Assembly: GCF_004010195.1 (NCBI RefSeq)
Contig: NC_057757.1
Span: forward strand, 3,419,851-3,483,850
DNA length: 64,000 bases
Direction: 5' to 3'
Source: Chiloscyllium plagiosum
Lineage: Eukaryota
The translations under genes and the position numbers were made by a program. A model generated the notes under the pieces. That model had not been told where the DNA came from. It was given only the letters and a program-made list of their open reading frames with translations, and did not search any database. Below, in pieces: positions 1-11,900 of the stretch. Every line of letters begins with the position of its first letter. Within the stretch, counting starts at the first letter, position 1.

Positions 1-156
1 AGATGTGCAAGTCAGGTGAATTGGCCATGCTAAATTGCCCGTAGTGTTAGGTAAAGGGGTAAATGTAGGGGTATGGGTGGGTTACGCTTCGGCGGGTCGG
101 TGTGGACTTGTTGGGCCGAAGGGCCTGTTTCCACACTGTAAGTAATCTAATCTAAT
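1..156 (+). mobile_element. HE1-type SINE, 3' part
   Basis: gattggccatgctaaattgcc body, gggccgaagggcctgtttccacactgtaag tail and (AATCT)n. Same family as 27075-27372. Confidence 0.85.
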
Positions 157-423
157 CATCCACAGACTCCATCAACAAGCACATAGACCTAGACTCAGTA
201 TACCGGCCACTACAACAAACAACTGGAACCGGCAACTGGAAGCTGCAGGAACAGAACCAAGTACATTCTAGAAGACACAGGACAGCAGCACTTTACAGGA
301 GGTTCTAAAAGCACTGAAGATGTCAGCTAGACAGGGAGGTGAAACGTCTGCAAACCAACTTCCCAGCTTGGTGAACATACCCACAACTAGTACCCAAGCT
401 ACAAATCTTTACACAAACCTTGA
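157..423 (+). mobile_element. Penelope-like element 3' end / pLTR remnant
   Basis: Encodes STDSINKHIDLDSVYRPL, similar to a PLE C-terminus. Followed by a CTGAAGA...GAAACGTC motif (314-348). Confidence 0.6.
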
Positions 424-1060
424 ACTCCTTAATAAAGCTAATTCAATTCAAAGAACTCTAATTGATTTGTCAGGCATGTCTTCCCCTTGATGAAGCCAAG
501 CTGACTCAGCTCTATTTTACCATGCACTTCCAAGTATTCCGCAGTCTCTTCCTTAAGAATGGAGTCTAAAATCTTACCAACGACCAAGGCCAGGCTAAGC
601 TGCCTATAGATTCTTACCTTGCCTCCCTCCCTCCTTAATCAGGGGTGTTGCATTACTCATTTTCCAGTCTTCTGGGGCATTCCTTGACTCCAGTGATTCC
701 AAAAAGATCATCACCAACACCTCCACAATCTTTCAGCTATCCCCTTCAGAACTCTGGAGTTTGGTCCATCTGGTCTGGGTGATTTCACCACCTTCAGGCC
801 CAACAGATTCCCCAGACCTACTCCTTAGTGGTGGCACTACACTCACCTCTGCCCCCAACTCTTGAAATTCTGGTTTGCTGCTGGTGTCTTCCACTGTGAA
901 AATTGATGCAAAGTGCCCTTCAGTTCCTCTGCCATTTCTTTCTTTCCCTATTACTACTTCTCCAGCCTCATTTTCCACTCTTGTCTCTTGCTCTTACCTT
1001 TAGTATCTCAAAGAAACTCTTTGAAATCTTCATTTACATTTCTAGCTAGCTTACTCTCCT
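424..1060 (-). mobile_element. CR1 LINE ORF2 fragment, degenerate
   Basis: Decayed pre-RT segment (SPGPDG..PRVLKE-like). The ORF at 733-978 is part of it. Confidence 0.7.
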
Positions 1061-3859
1061 GTCACATCTCCCTGTTTCTCTTCATTTAAGACACTCGGAA
1101 ATCTACGACTTTAAACACATTGGTCACTTGTCCCAACATCTCAAGCACTTTGATGCCCTCACAGGGGTATACATCTGACCATGCTCCAGCTGTAACTTAG
1201 CCTTTTTGTTCATGGGAAATGGGTATCAGTGGTTGGGATAGTACTTATTACCCATCCCCAATTGCCCCTAGAGAAGGTGGTGGGGAGCTACCTTTTTGAA
1301 CCACTTTAGTCTACAGGAGTTGGGGACACCAACAATGTTGTTAGGAAGGGAATTCCAGTGACATTGAAAGAACTGCTGATATAGTTCCAAACTAGTGTGG
1401 TGCTTGACCTGGAACTCGTAGGGGAAGGGCATCTGCTACCCTTGACTTTTTAAAGGTGGTTACTGTTGAATGGAGGGTGTTCCTTCTGAGCGCTTTCTCT
1501 GTATTAATCAGCAGATTTTGTCCACAGTAAGATTAATAAAACACAGCTGTAGACTATTTATAAATTCACCTGACTCTGTTTTATGAAGGGCAAGGGACCC
1601 ACAATTAATCAGTAACATTTAGTCACTTATTAGGGGCAGAGTTCACTAAACACAGCATGATTCTCATGTTGCAAGGCTTAATTGTAATGAGGGCTGGTGC
1701 ACGGTAATAATGCAAGATGGAACGCAGTCCATTGTGAATAATCCTGTTTGTTGCTCCTGTCTGCTGGCGTTCCACAAATTGAATAAAAAGAAGCAGGGGA
1801 CATTTGCATTAATAGCATCGGTACTTTCCCTGAGAGCAGAGAAAGGGAACTTCAGTCTTCGGCACAGTCACAGTCAAGAACATTGGTCTGAACAAGCGGA
1901 ACCGTGGTTCTCCTGAAACCCTGCCAATTCCCACGAAACGAGAAACAGCATTTCCATTTACTTTCTTTCGTCTGCAGAGTCGGTTAATTGACGGGAAATT
2001 TTACAGAGCTGTTTGAGGTGGCTGCCTCCATAACTCAGAGGCACACCTCTCGATCGTTTTTCCCCACTTTTCTAATGCAAAAAACACACCTCTCTTGGCG
2101 TATTTTGTCGCAAAAAGAATTTGATTTTTGAAAAAACAAGATTGCAGTTTTAACCAAACATTTTGCACATCTAGCTGCTCAGACTCTGCTTTCATCAAAG
2201 TCAGAGGAATTTAAAAAGGATGAAGGGAGGCCATTTGGCCCACGTATCCAACAAGGAGCCATCCAGCCTTGCTCAATCTCCAGCTCTTGCACTTTTTTTC
2301 CTTGCGGGTTATTTCATTCCAAATGCATATCAAAGTACATGGTAAACATGATGAGGGCTTCTGTCTTTCAGACAGCGAGTTACACAGCCCTATTTCTCTC
2401 TTATGTCCAGGGTCCATTTCTGTGGTTAAAGGCTTCCCAACAAAAAGGAATACACCCTTTATGTCTCTGGACCCCAAAACATTTTGTACATTTCAATCAA
2501 ACCCACACCAAAAAAAAACCCTCTTCCTTTCCAACTTCTTCATAAATCTAAATATCTCCAGTCCTAGTGACAAACCCGCAAATCTTCTCTATACTCTCTC
2601 ACGTGACCTCACCTTTTCTGTACGCAGAGAGTGGTAAGGGCGTGGAATGCCCTACCTGCTAATGCAGTCAACTCAGTCACATTAGGGAGATTTAAACATG
2701 GATGATTTTGGGATAGTGTAGAGGGACGAGCCTGAGAAGGACTTGTTCTGCGTGTATTGTTCTCTGTTTTATGTTCTATAGTACACAGCGTACATTTACA
2801 TAGCAACAAAAATGGAGAACAAGCATCACAAGACTCGTCATAAAGAAGGGAAGAAGAGTTGAGGGAGAGACACGTTAAGGGATGTGTTCGAAAGTTTGGT
2901 CAGAACTGGGTTTTAAAAGGAGGGAAAAAGCAGAAGAGTTAGATAGGGAAACACCTGAGATTTTAACCCTGGAACATCAAACACTGAAAAGGAAATTACA
3001 AAAAGCAATTCTAACAAGTGTTGTGAAAGACATGGATAAGGTGAACATTTGTTACCCAACTGCACTTGAACAGAATGGTTCAATGGATCATTTCAGAGGG
3101 TAGTTAAGAGTCACTTACATTGTTGAGAGTCTGAACACCATGAGCAAAGTGAAACAGATGGAATTTTACAACAATCAATAATAGTTGCCATGGTCACAGT
3201 TACTGAGACTAGCTTTCTAGGTATTTACTAATGAACCTGCTCAGAGATGTTACGACACCCCTCTGGAGCAGTTGGGACTTGAACCCGGTCTTCTGGCTCT
3301 GGGGTTGGGACACTACACCACAAGAGCCCAAGACTAGCTTTCTATCCCAGATATCTTGATTAATCAAATTTTATCAATGAGTTGAATTTAAATTGCAACA
3401 ACTTGAAATGGTAGAATTCGATCCTATGTCTCCAAGGCATTAGACTGGGCCTCCAGGTTATTAATCCAATGGCATAACCACAACACCAGTACCCCTCTGA
3501 TTTACTGACCTGCCGATTATCATTTTCCTGTTCGTGTGAGCTTCTTGTGCATAATTTGGCTGCCATGTCTGCTACATGACCAATGAGGCTAGAGTGTTTG
3601 GTGGACTGTTAAGTGCTGAGGTTATGGAAGGTGACATGTAAATTGAAGTTCCTTCTTTCTTTTACCCACAACATTTTCATAAATTCTCTCATATATAAAT
3701 TACATCAACACATACAAAAAAAACTAGCATGTTGCAATATAGCAGAAGCTGCAGAACATCAATCAGGCTTGGGTTGAGAAGTGGCAAGTACCATTTTCTC
3801 CACTCAAGTGCAATCACCATCTCAGGCCACTTGGCCTGTCATACCCAACAAGGTGGCAT

Positions 3860-4125
3860 CCAACAGACCGACTGTCTGTGTGGAGTTTGCACATTCTCCC
3901 TGCATTTGGGTGGGTGTCCTCTGGCGCTCCTTTCATAATTCAAAGATGTGCAGGTTAGGGTGGATTGGCCATGGTAAATTGTCCACAGTGTCCAAGGATA
4001 CGCAGGCTAGGTGGATTAGCCATCGGAAATGCGGGGTTACTGGGATGGGGTGAGTCTAGGTGGAATGCTCTTCGGAGGGTTAGTGTGGACTCGATGGGCC
4101 AAATGGCCTGCTTCCACACTAAGGA
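3860..4125 (+). mobile_element. HE1-type SINE
   Basis: tgtgtggagtttgcacattctccc core and CR1-like tail. Confidence 0.8.
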
Positions 4126-4129
4126 TTAG

Positions 4130-4345
4130 CGAGTTTTGAGAAGATTTGTAGTTCACGTTGAGGCTCTGGATGTTGGTTTGCTCGCTGAGCTGGAAGGTTC
4201 ATTTTCAGATGTTTTGCCACCATACTAGGTAACATCAGCAGTGAGTTCCCGGTGAAGCCTTTACCAGAGGCTCACTGATGATATTATGGTGGCATAATGT
4301 CTGAAAACAAACCTTCCAGCTCAGCGAGCAAACTTACATCCAGGA
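4130..4345. mobile_element. Palindromic Penelope-derived element
   Basis: Inverted arms tttgctcgctgagctggaaggtt / aaccttccagctcagcgagcaaa, with CTGATGA at 4276. Confidence 0.6.
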
Positions 4346-5779
4346 CTGTAAAGATTCTATGAAACTTGGTGAATTGCAATACAGAATTGCTTGTGTCAAA
4401 CAAGTATCAGCAGTAAGTGATTGACAGAGCTAAACAATTCCACATTCAACCAGTCAGATCTAACCTTTCTAGGCCATTGGTGGACAATTAAACAACCTAA
4501 TGATGGGGGAGCCCACCACATCAGTGCAAAAGATGAGACTAAAGCCTTTGGAGCAGTCTTCAGCCAGAAATGCTGAGTGGATGATCCATGTCAGCCTCCT
4601 CCAGCATCACAGATACCAGTCTTAAACCAATTCAATTCACTCCACATGATAGGAAGAAACAGTTGAAGGCACTGAATACTGCAAAGGCTATGGGCCCTGA
4701 GAATATTCCAGCGATAGTACTGAGAATTGAGGTCCTGAAATCTCGACACCCCTAGCTAAGTTACAACAGTTGTTATAACATTGAAATCTACTCAGTAATT
4801 GGGTAAGTCACTCAGATGTCCAGTACACAAACAAGCAGAACAAATCCAACCTGGCCAATTACCACCATTCTCTGGGTAGAAGGATTCTTAACTTCCCTAT
4901 CAATTTTATTAGTCTTTATTCTATATTGGTGTGTCTCAGGTTTGGACCCTCCCATAACGTTCCTTTGTCAGCCTTCATCTGGGGATATTTATAGTCCCGG
5001 AACTAAATATTTCATCTTCGTGTACCCTGGGGATTCCTCAATCTCTATTCCATCCCTAGTTGGAGTAGTGCTGCTTTAGGAATTACTGAACAATCTCTCC
5101 CAGTCTTCTGTTTCAAAAGAACAAAGTCTTGCCCTCCCATTCTCCTGGGAATTAGAGCAATTAAAATTTGCCATCATTAGTGCAATCTTATTGCCCAACA
5201 GGCAAGTGACACAGAGTAAACTCCGTTCCCAATTTGTGACAACCACCGCTATTGGGATCCCAAACTGTTCACTCCTTACAGCGAGAGATCACTAATGAAA
5301 TTCACTCTGTGCCAATCGACCTTGTTCTGCACTGGGACTCAGAAGCCAGCACTATCCAGTCCAATTCTTGAGCACAGTAGCCAGCACACAGCACAGCAGG
5401 TAGCACACTCATGTCTTGGTCAGACAGTCCTGGCTTCAAGTCTCATTCTAGAAACCTGCGCACAAACTCTAGACGGGCCTCAAGTGAAAGCAAAAATTCC
5501 CACAGCACTATTTTGAAGAGGAACAGTAGAGCTGAGGAATGTTCATCCTTCAAACAACATCACTCAAAACAGACGGTATGGTTTTTCAGACATTGCTGTT
5601 TGTGGGTCAATGCTGCATATAAATTAGCTGTCATGTTTCTGCAAAAGTGACAAGACTTCCAAAGTACTTCACTGGCTGTTAGGGGTTTTGGAATGCTCCA
5701 ACCTTGTGAAAGTCTCTATAAGAATGAAATATTTTAAATATTCTATCTAAATAACAGTGTTTGTGAAGACTTGGAATTA

Positions 5780-6060
5780 TATAGTCATACAGCACAGAAA
5801 CAGACCCTTCACTCCAACTCGCCCATACTGACCAGATATCCTAAATTAATCCAGTCCCACTTGCAAGCACTTGGCCCATATTCCTCTAAACCCTTCCTAT
5901 TTATATACTCATCCGGATGCCTTTTAAGTATTAGAATTGTACCTGCCTCCACCACTTCCTCTGGCAGCTCATTCCATACACGCACCACCCCAAAAAGTTG
6001 CCCTTCATGCCCCTTTTAAATATTTCCCCTCTCACCTTAAGCCTATGCCTCTAGTTTTGG
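5780..6060 (-). mobile_element. CR1/HER1 LINE 3' fragment
   Basis: Reverse complement of the conserved WNELPEEVVEAG coding end and CR1 3'UTR. Confidence 0.85.
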
Positions 6061-6159
6061 ACATAGTACATGGAAAGAGCTTAATGTCCAACTAGAAATA
6101 TTTCACTTGAATTATTGAATCCTGACAGAGCAGAAAGAGGGCACCAACCCTCTGAACTT

Positions 6160-6392
6160 TATCCCACTCAGACCCAGCCCTAACTCTGTAACTCTATTTT
6201 CCATGGCTAATCCACCTCACCTAAACATCCTTGGATTTTGGGAGGAAACTGGAGCACCCGGAGGAAACCCATGCAGACACGGGGAGAACGTGCAAACTCC
6301 ACACAGACTGTTGCCCGAAAGTGGAATTGAACCCTAGGTCCCTGGCACTGAGAGACAGTGGTGCTAACCACTGAGCCACCATGCTGTGCCCC
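6160..6392 (-). mobile_element. HE1-type SINE
   Basis: tRNA-derived head with A/B boxes plus the HE1 core. Confidence 0.85.
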
Positions 6393-7489
6393 TCCAAATC
6401 ACTCCCAACCCTCAATCTCTCACTGTAACAACTTGCATTTATAAAAGTACCTTTGATGCGGAAGGACTCCCCAGAGATACAGTCAGAGGGGTGCTGATTA
6501 GTTGGAAAGTTGACTTAATAGTTGAGATGTTGCCATGGAAGAAGTGATAAGAACTATTAGTTCCCCAAGCTAACAGGTCATTCAAAACAAGTTCAAGGCT
6601 TGAACTTTGCAGAAAATGGGTCGCTGCGGTATGAATGCATGTTGCTTCCAGAAAGCTTAAATGGGCCATCTACAATTTCAACCAATAATCCAAAGTTGGT
6701 TACCAATCAGCGTACTCCAGATTGTTCAGCAAGTACTGCCCATACACAAACTCCACTGGCAGACTTTCCGCTCTGAGGCTTGCTAGCACAGGCTGGTTGA
6801 GCAATGTCTGTACTTTGCCCTTCACAAAGACCCAAAGGAACACAGGGCTTTATTCAACTGGCCATTCGGTGGTAAACACAAACAATTGCCCAATTGTAAA
6901 AATTAAGAAGTGTTAATTTGCATGAGCAAAGAGAGATGGGAATCGAGCAGAACCAAGGCTACTCTTCTTGAGAGACGCGGTGCTCACGTCTGAACATTTA
7001 TTGTCTGACCCCATTGCAGACGCCTCAAGGCATCAGTTCTAAGTAGGACAGAGGAACTATTTCTGGTGCATGTCTCACTAGTTCAAGTCCAGTTTAATTT
7101 ATTGCTACCTCCAGTTATAACTTCTAGGAGGGTTTCAATTCACAGATGGTGTCCATCAAGCAACAGTCCAATTTATCCCTCTGTGACCTAGAAGATAAAC
7201 ATACTGTTGTGTGCAAAACACAGCTGAATAGCCCATAGCAAACAGAAACCCCAAACGGTGTATATAGGTCTCACAACTTGCTTGATTGCCTGGGGACTTC
7301 GTGGAGAATTATATACACATTCTCCAGGGGAGGGAATGTTTGGTTCAAGGTGGGGGGGCTGGGGTTAGGACTTGCAGGTTTGAAGGATTTTCTCCCCTGC
7401 AAATGTCCTGCTTGAATGATACCTCCTAATCTTGCAGATGCATGATAAAGCCAAGCACAGATTACATTAGAATGGTTTTGGTACAAAAG

Positions 7490-7978
7490 GAGCTGTAGGT
7501 TATTATTAAACTGGAGAGGGAACAGTAAAGATTTACCAGGATGTTGCCAAGAATGGAGGGTTTGAGTTAGAAGAGGCTGGGACTTTTTTCACTGGAGCAT
7601 AGGGGTTAGAGGGGTGACCTTACAGAGGCTTATAAAATCATAAGAGGCATAGATAGGGTGAATAGCCAAGGTCTTTTTCCCAGGGGACGGGAGTCCAAAT
7701 TTAGAGGGACATAGGTTTAGGGTGAGAGGGGAAAGATATAAAAGTAACCTAAGGAGCAACGTGTTCACACATAGGGTGGTGTGTGTATGGAATGAGCTGC
7801 CAGAGAAAGTTGTGGAGGCTGATAAAATTACAAGATATAAAAGACAACTGGATGGGTATATGAATAGGAAGGGTTTAGAGGGATATTGGCCAAATGCTGG
7901 CAACTGGGACTAGATACCTGGTCAGCATGGACGAGTTGGACTGATGGATTTGCTTCCCTGCTGTACAATTCTCTGACT
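7490..7978 (+). mobile_element. CR1/HER1 LINE 3' fragment
   Basis: ORF 7722-7913, RVVCVWNELPEKVVEA. Confidence 0.9.
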
Positions 7979-8771
7979 GTTTTTTTTTTAAATACATTTT
8001 TATTGGAATAATAGATTTTTTAATATTACAAAACAATACAATTCAAAACAATAAAAAAAACAAAAGTAAAAAACCCAACCTACTCTCATGTACCAATGTA
8101 TAAACATATATAGAAACAACTCTCTGACTCTAATCTTCACTTCAGATGCTCTTTTGATGCTTATAAAAATAAATCAAATTGCTCATTAAAGCAATGGAGG
8201 GCCAAAGGTGGGGCAGTAGGAAACAGCAGGCAGTATCCAGCTCCAACAATGACATTGGAAATCAGAGGACAACAGCAAATGGGATGAAGGGAGGTCTGGG
8301 AACTTGCACATAACATAAATGGATAGATTGGGTGAAGCTGACAGGAACCGTCAAGAGAGAGGAGAACAAACAAGACTGAGAATGGAACGGAAGGAAGAGC
8401 TGATGGGAGCGAAATGGGAAAGGGGGCGGGAGGCAGCTTGCACAGAGCATAAACGCAGCCTTACGACAGATGGGCCGAACAGCCTGTTTATGCTCTTGCA
8501 GACTTGAAGCAAACACAGGAGGAGCCTTTGTGCTTAATTCAATTATCTAGTAATTATTTTAATTTTTCAAGGGTAATTACTATAATAAAGGTACTGCTGG
8601 CATTTTGGCGGTTGCAAACTGCTTAACTGTCGATCTGCAGTGCGTGGGCTGAAAAGATGTGAAGTTAGCTGAGTCGAGGGGTAAATAGTTGGAAAGTTGA
8701 GAGTCAAACTGCATGGAAACAGACCCTTCAGTCCAACTCGTCCATACTGACCATAATCCCAAACTAAATTT

Positions 8772-9271
8772 NNNNNNNNNNNNNNNNNNNNNNNNNNNNN
8801 NNNNNNNNNNNNNNNNNNNNNNNNNNNNNNNNNNNNNNNNNNNNNNNNNNNNNNNNNNNNNNNNNNNNNNNNNNNNNNNNNNNNNNNNNNNNNNNNNNNN
8901 NNNNNNNNNNNNNNNNNNNNNNNNNNNNNNNNNNNNNNNNNNNNNNNNNNNNNNNNNNNNNNNNNNNNNNNNNNNNNNNNNNNNNNNNNNNNNNNNNNNN
9001 NNNNNNNNNNNNNNNNNNNNNNNNNNNNNNNNNNNNNNNNNNNNNNNNNNNNNNNNNNNNNNNNNNNNNNNNNNNNNNNNNNNNNNNNNNNNNNNNNNNN
9101 NNNNNNNNNNNNNNNNNNNNNNNNNNNNNNNNNNNNNNNNNNNNNNNNNNNNNNNNNNNNNNNNNNNNNNNNNNNNNNNNNNNNNNNNNNNNNNNNNNNN
9201 NNNNNNNNNNNNNNNNNNNNNNNNNNNNNNNNNNNNNNNNNNNNNNNNNNNNNNNNNNNNNNNNNNNNNNN
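8772..9271. other. Assembly gap (500 N)
   Basis: Run of N. Confidence 1.
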
Positions 9272-9299
9272 CGTGGGAAGGAATGGAGAGGAACATGCG

Positions 9300-9700
9300 T
9301 TAGACAGAGAGGCTCACAGAGTTTCTCGCGGATTTCGGATATCTTCGACCGCGCTCGGTAATTTCCGTTCAGCCCTCATCGATGTGGGTGAGCGCGGACA
9401 TGCGCATGCGGCCCTCGGCCGTTCACGGAGATCTCGGGTATTTCCGGCAACAGTCGGCAGTTTCCGCTGAGCCCACCCCTTTTACCGTTCATCCCCCCTC
9501 AAGGCTGGCCGGAGATACGCATGCGTAAGAATGTGCAGCTGATTGATGCCATCCATGAACTCGAGTCTTTCCGATTGTACTCGGTACTTTCCGTTCAGCT
9601 CCCATCCTCTGCCTCCACCAAAGAAAATTCCGTCTCATATTTTTCAATCTTTCTTCCCTTATTGGATCTTGCTTTGTTTTATTTCCTTTCCCGGAGGTAC
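9300..9700. promoter_or_regulatory. CpG-rich housekeeping-type promoter of an unidentified transcript
   Basis: High CpG density. NRF1-type motifs TGCGCATGCG (9401-9410) and TACGCATGCGTA (9516-9527). ETS TTCCGG (9442). TCTCGCG (9324). GTGAG donors on both strands. Confidence 0.6.
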
Positions 9701-9857
9701 AGGACCATTTCATTAATACGAGGCTGGTCTCTTAAAATGACTGCACGTTGATAGGGAGATCAGCCCTTAGGGGAAGGACCATCACCTGATAGTACGTCAT
9801 TTTACCAAGGAATGGTTTCCAATCTCAGCTGTGCAAGGCGAACCATGCTCTGTCTGT

Positions 9858-10030
9858 CCGTGGTCAACCTGGCATTGACTGTCAGTCCAGTGTGGTCAAC
9901 TCAACGCTGAACCTTAGTCGCATACAGTCAACTTGACATTGACCATCAGTCCAGCGTGGTCAACCCAATGTTGACTCTCAGTCGTGCACAGTCAACCTGG
10001 CATTGACCGTCACTCTGGTGTGGTTAACAT
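9858..10030. repeat. Degenerate tandem repeat of about 32 bp (GTGGTCAACCTGGCATTGAC...)
   Basis: 5-6 visible units that alternate in type. Confidence 0.7.
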
Positions 10031-10044
10031 TGACTTGCCCCTTA

Positions 10045-10831
10045 AATGCGAAATTTATGAAGAAAAACACCTTTGACCACAAGTCCATCAGGAAGTGGTC
10101 AGCACGTAGTGTCCTTGAGACCCTTCGGGAAAAGAAGAGGGCGGATCCTGTCGAGCGGTTCCCTGAGCAAACTGTCAAAGCCATTTGGCAGACTGCCTCA
10201 TCGCCAGAACATTCCAACAAGCACCAAGACATGGCTTGGCTGGTGGTGAGAAGGGCTCTGCCTGTGAGATCCTTTATGTACGCCCGGACTCTCTGCCGCA
10301 CCGCACACTGCCCTCGAAGCGGCTGCAGGGGGGATGTGACTGTCACACACCTCCTTCTGGAATGTGCCTATGCAGAGGAAGTCTGGAGTGGAATGCAGAG
10401 GGGCGCACACCGAGACGAACATCAACTGTGCCTGGAGGATCATCAACTCGGTGAAGGACGCTCTCTGGGTGGTCCGAAACCTGTTGATCTTCCAGCTGAA
10501 GGAGTTGACCCCGACTGAGTGTTGCAGACTGGCACATTCCAAGGTCCAGGACTACGTGTTGAGGGACACGCTGAAGCTTGGGGCAGCTGCCACCAAGGCG
10601 TGATGGGGAAAGACCACTGTGTAACATCTGCCTGCCTAAGAAGAACAGGGGGCCCACGCAGTCATTTGGGCTCTGCTGGCGCCTCAGCTCAATGTAATCG
10701 CACCAACCTGTAAATAGGAATGATTACTCTGTTTCGATACGCAAAGGAATGGAATGTTTACATATGTATGGCATGTCCAGTTGTAAAGATCAAAGTATTT
10801 ATGAATAAAGTATATTTTTGAAATTAAAAAA
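10045..10831 (+). mobile_element. 5'-truncated Tx1/L1-clade LINE with poly(A) tail and 19-bp TSD
   Basis: ORF2 C-terminal zinc knuckle CPRSGC...THLLLEC. AATAAA and A-tail. AACATTGACTTGCCCCTTA at 10026-10044 and 10832-10850. Confidence 0.9.
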
Positions 10832-11544
10832 AACATTGACTTGCCCCTTACTTTCTCTGGCGCAACACTCATTAGGCACTGCCTCATTCTGTGCTATGGC
10901 TCCCCTGGCAATGACCCTTGCTGGGTTATCTATCTTTCCCAGGCACTGATTATCACTTGCATGTGGGTGCAGCTGCCACTGAATCTCACTGAGGTGCTCT
11001 GACTACTGACTCAAGGGATGTCAAGAAGGTGGAACGTGGTTGGAGCAGGGCATCAAGATGCAAAGATCCTGTGTATAAAATGGTCAAATAGGGAAGGTGT
11101 TGCATGGTCCCTTTAAAAGAGAATGTTTTTTTCAGTGCTTGCAGTTAAAACAGATGTCTGGCAGCAGCTTGAGCTTGCAAATACACAGAGCACGCAAATT
11201 GAAACATTTTGCACCGAAAGGCTGGGCAACACTTTTATCGAGGCAAGAGGGTTTTAAGTTTAAGTCCATCGCCAAACCCTAACCATCCGACACCTGGAGG
11301 AAGAACGCCTCATCTTCCATCTTGGAACTCTCCAACCACATGGGATTAATTTGAATTTCACCAGTTTCCTCATTTCCTCTCCCCTACTTTAACCCAGATC
11401 CAATCTTCCATTTGGCACTGCCCTAATGGCCTGTCTTACCTGTCCATCTCCCTTCCCTCCTATCCATTCCATTCTCCTCTCTGATCTATCACCATTACCC
11501 CCATCTTCATCTACCTATGGCACTCTCAACCACCCTCTGGGTGA

Positions 11545-11900
11545 AATATTTGCCCCTTAGGTCCTTTTTAGATTTTTCCCCTCTAACCCTAAACCTATGC
11601 CCTCTAGTTCTGGACTCCCCCACCCTGTGGAAAATACCTATTGTCTATTTACCCTATCCATGCCCCTCATGATTTTATAAGCCTCTATAATGTCACCCCT
11701 CAGCCTCCAACACTGTAGGGAAAATCTAACCCTAAACCTATGCCCTATAGTTCTGGACTTCCCCACCCTGTGGAAAATACCTATTGTCTATTTACCCTAT
11801 CCATGCCCCTCATGATTTTATAAGCCTCTATAATGTCACCCCTCAGCCTCCAACACTGTAGGGAAAATGACTCCAGCCTATTCAGCCTCTCCCTGTAGAA
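11545..11900 (-). mobile_element. CR1 fragment with internal 143-bp tandem duplication
   Basis: 11583-11725 repeated at 11726-11868. Confidence 0.85.

Noticed and set aside
8580..9303. 238-aa and 196-aa ORFs
   Set aside because: Artefacts of reading through the 500-N gap.
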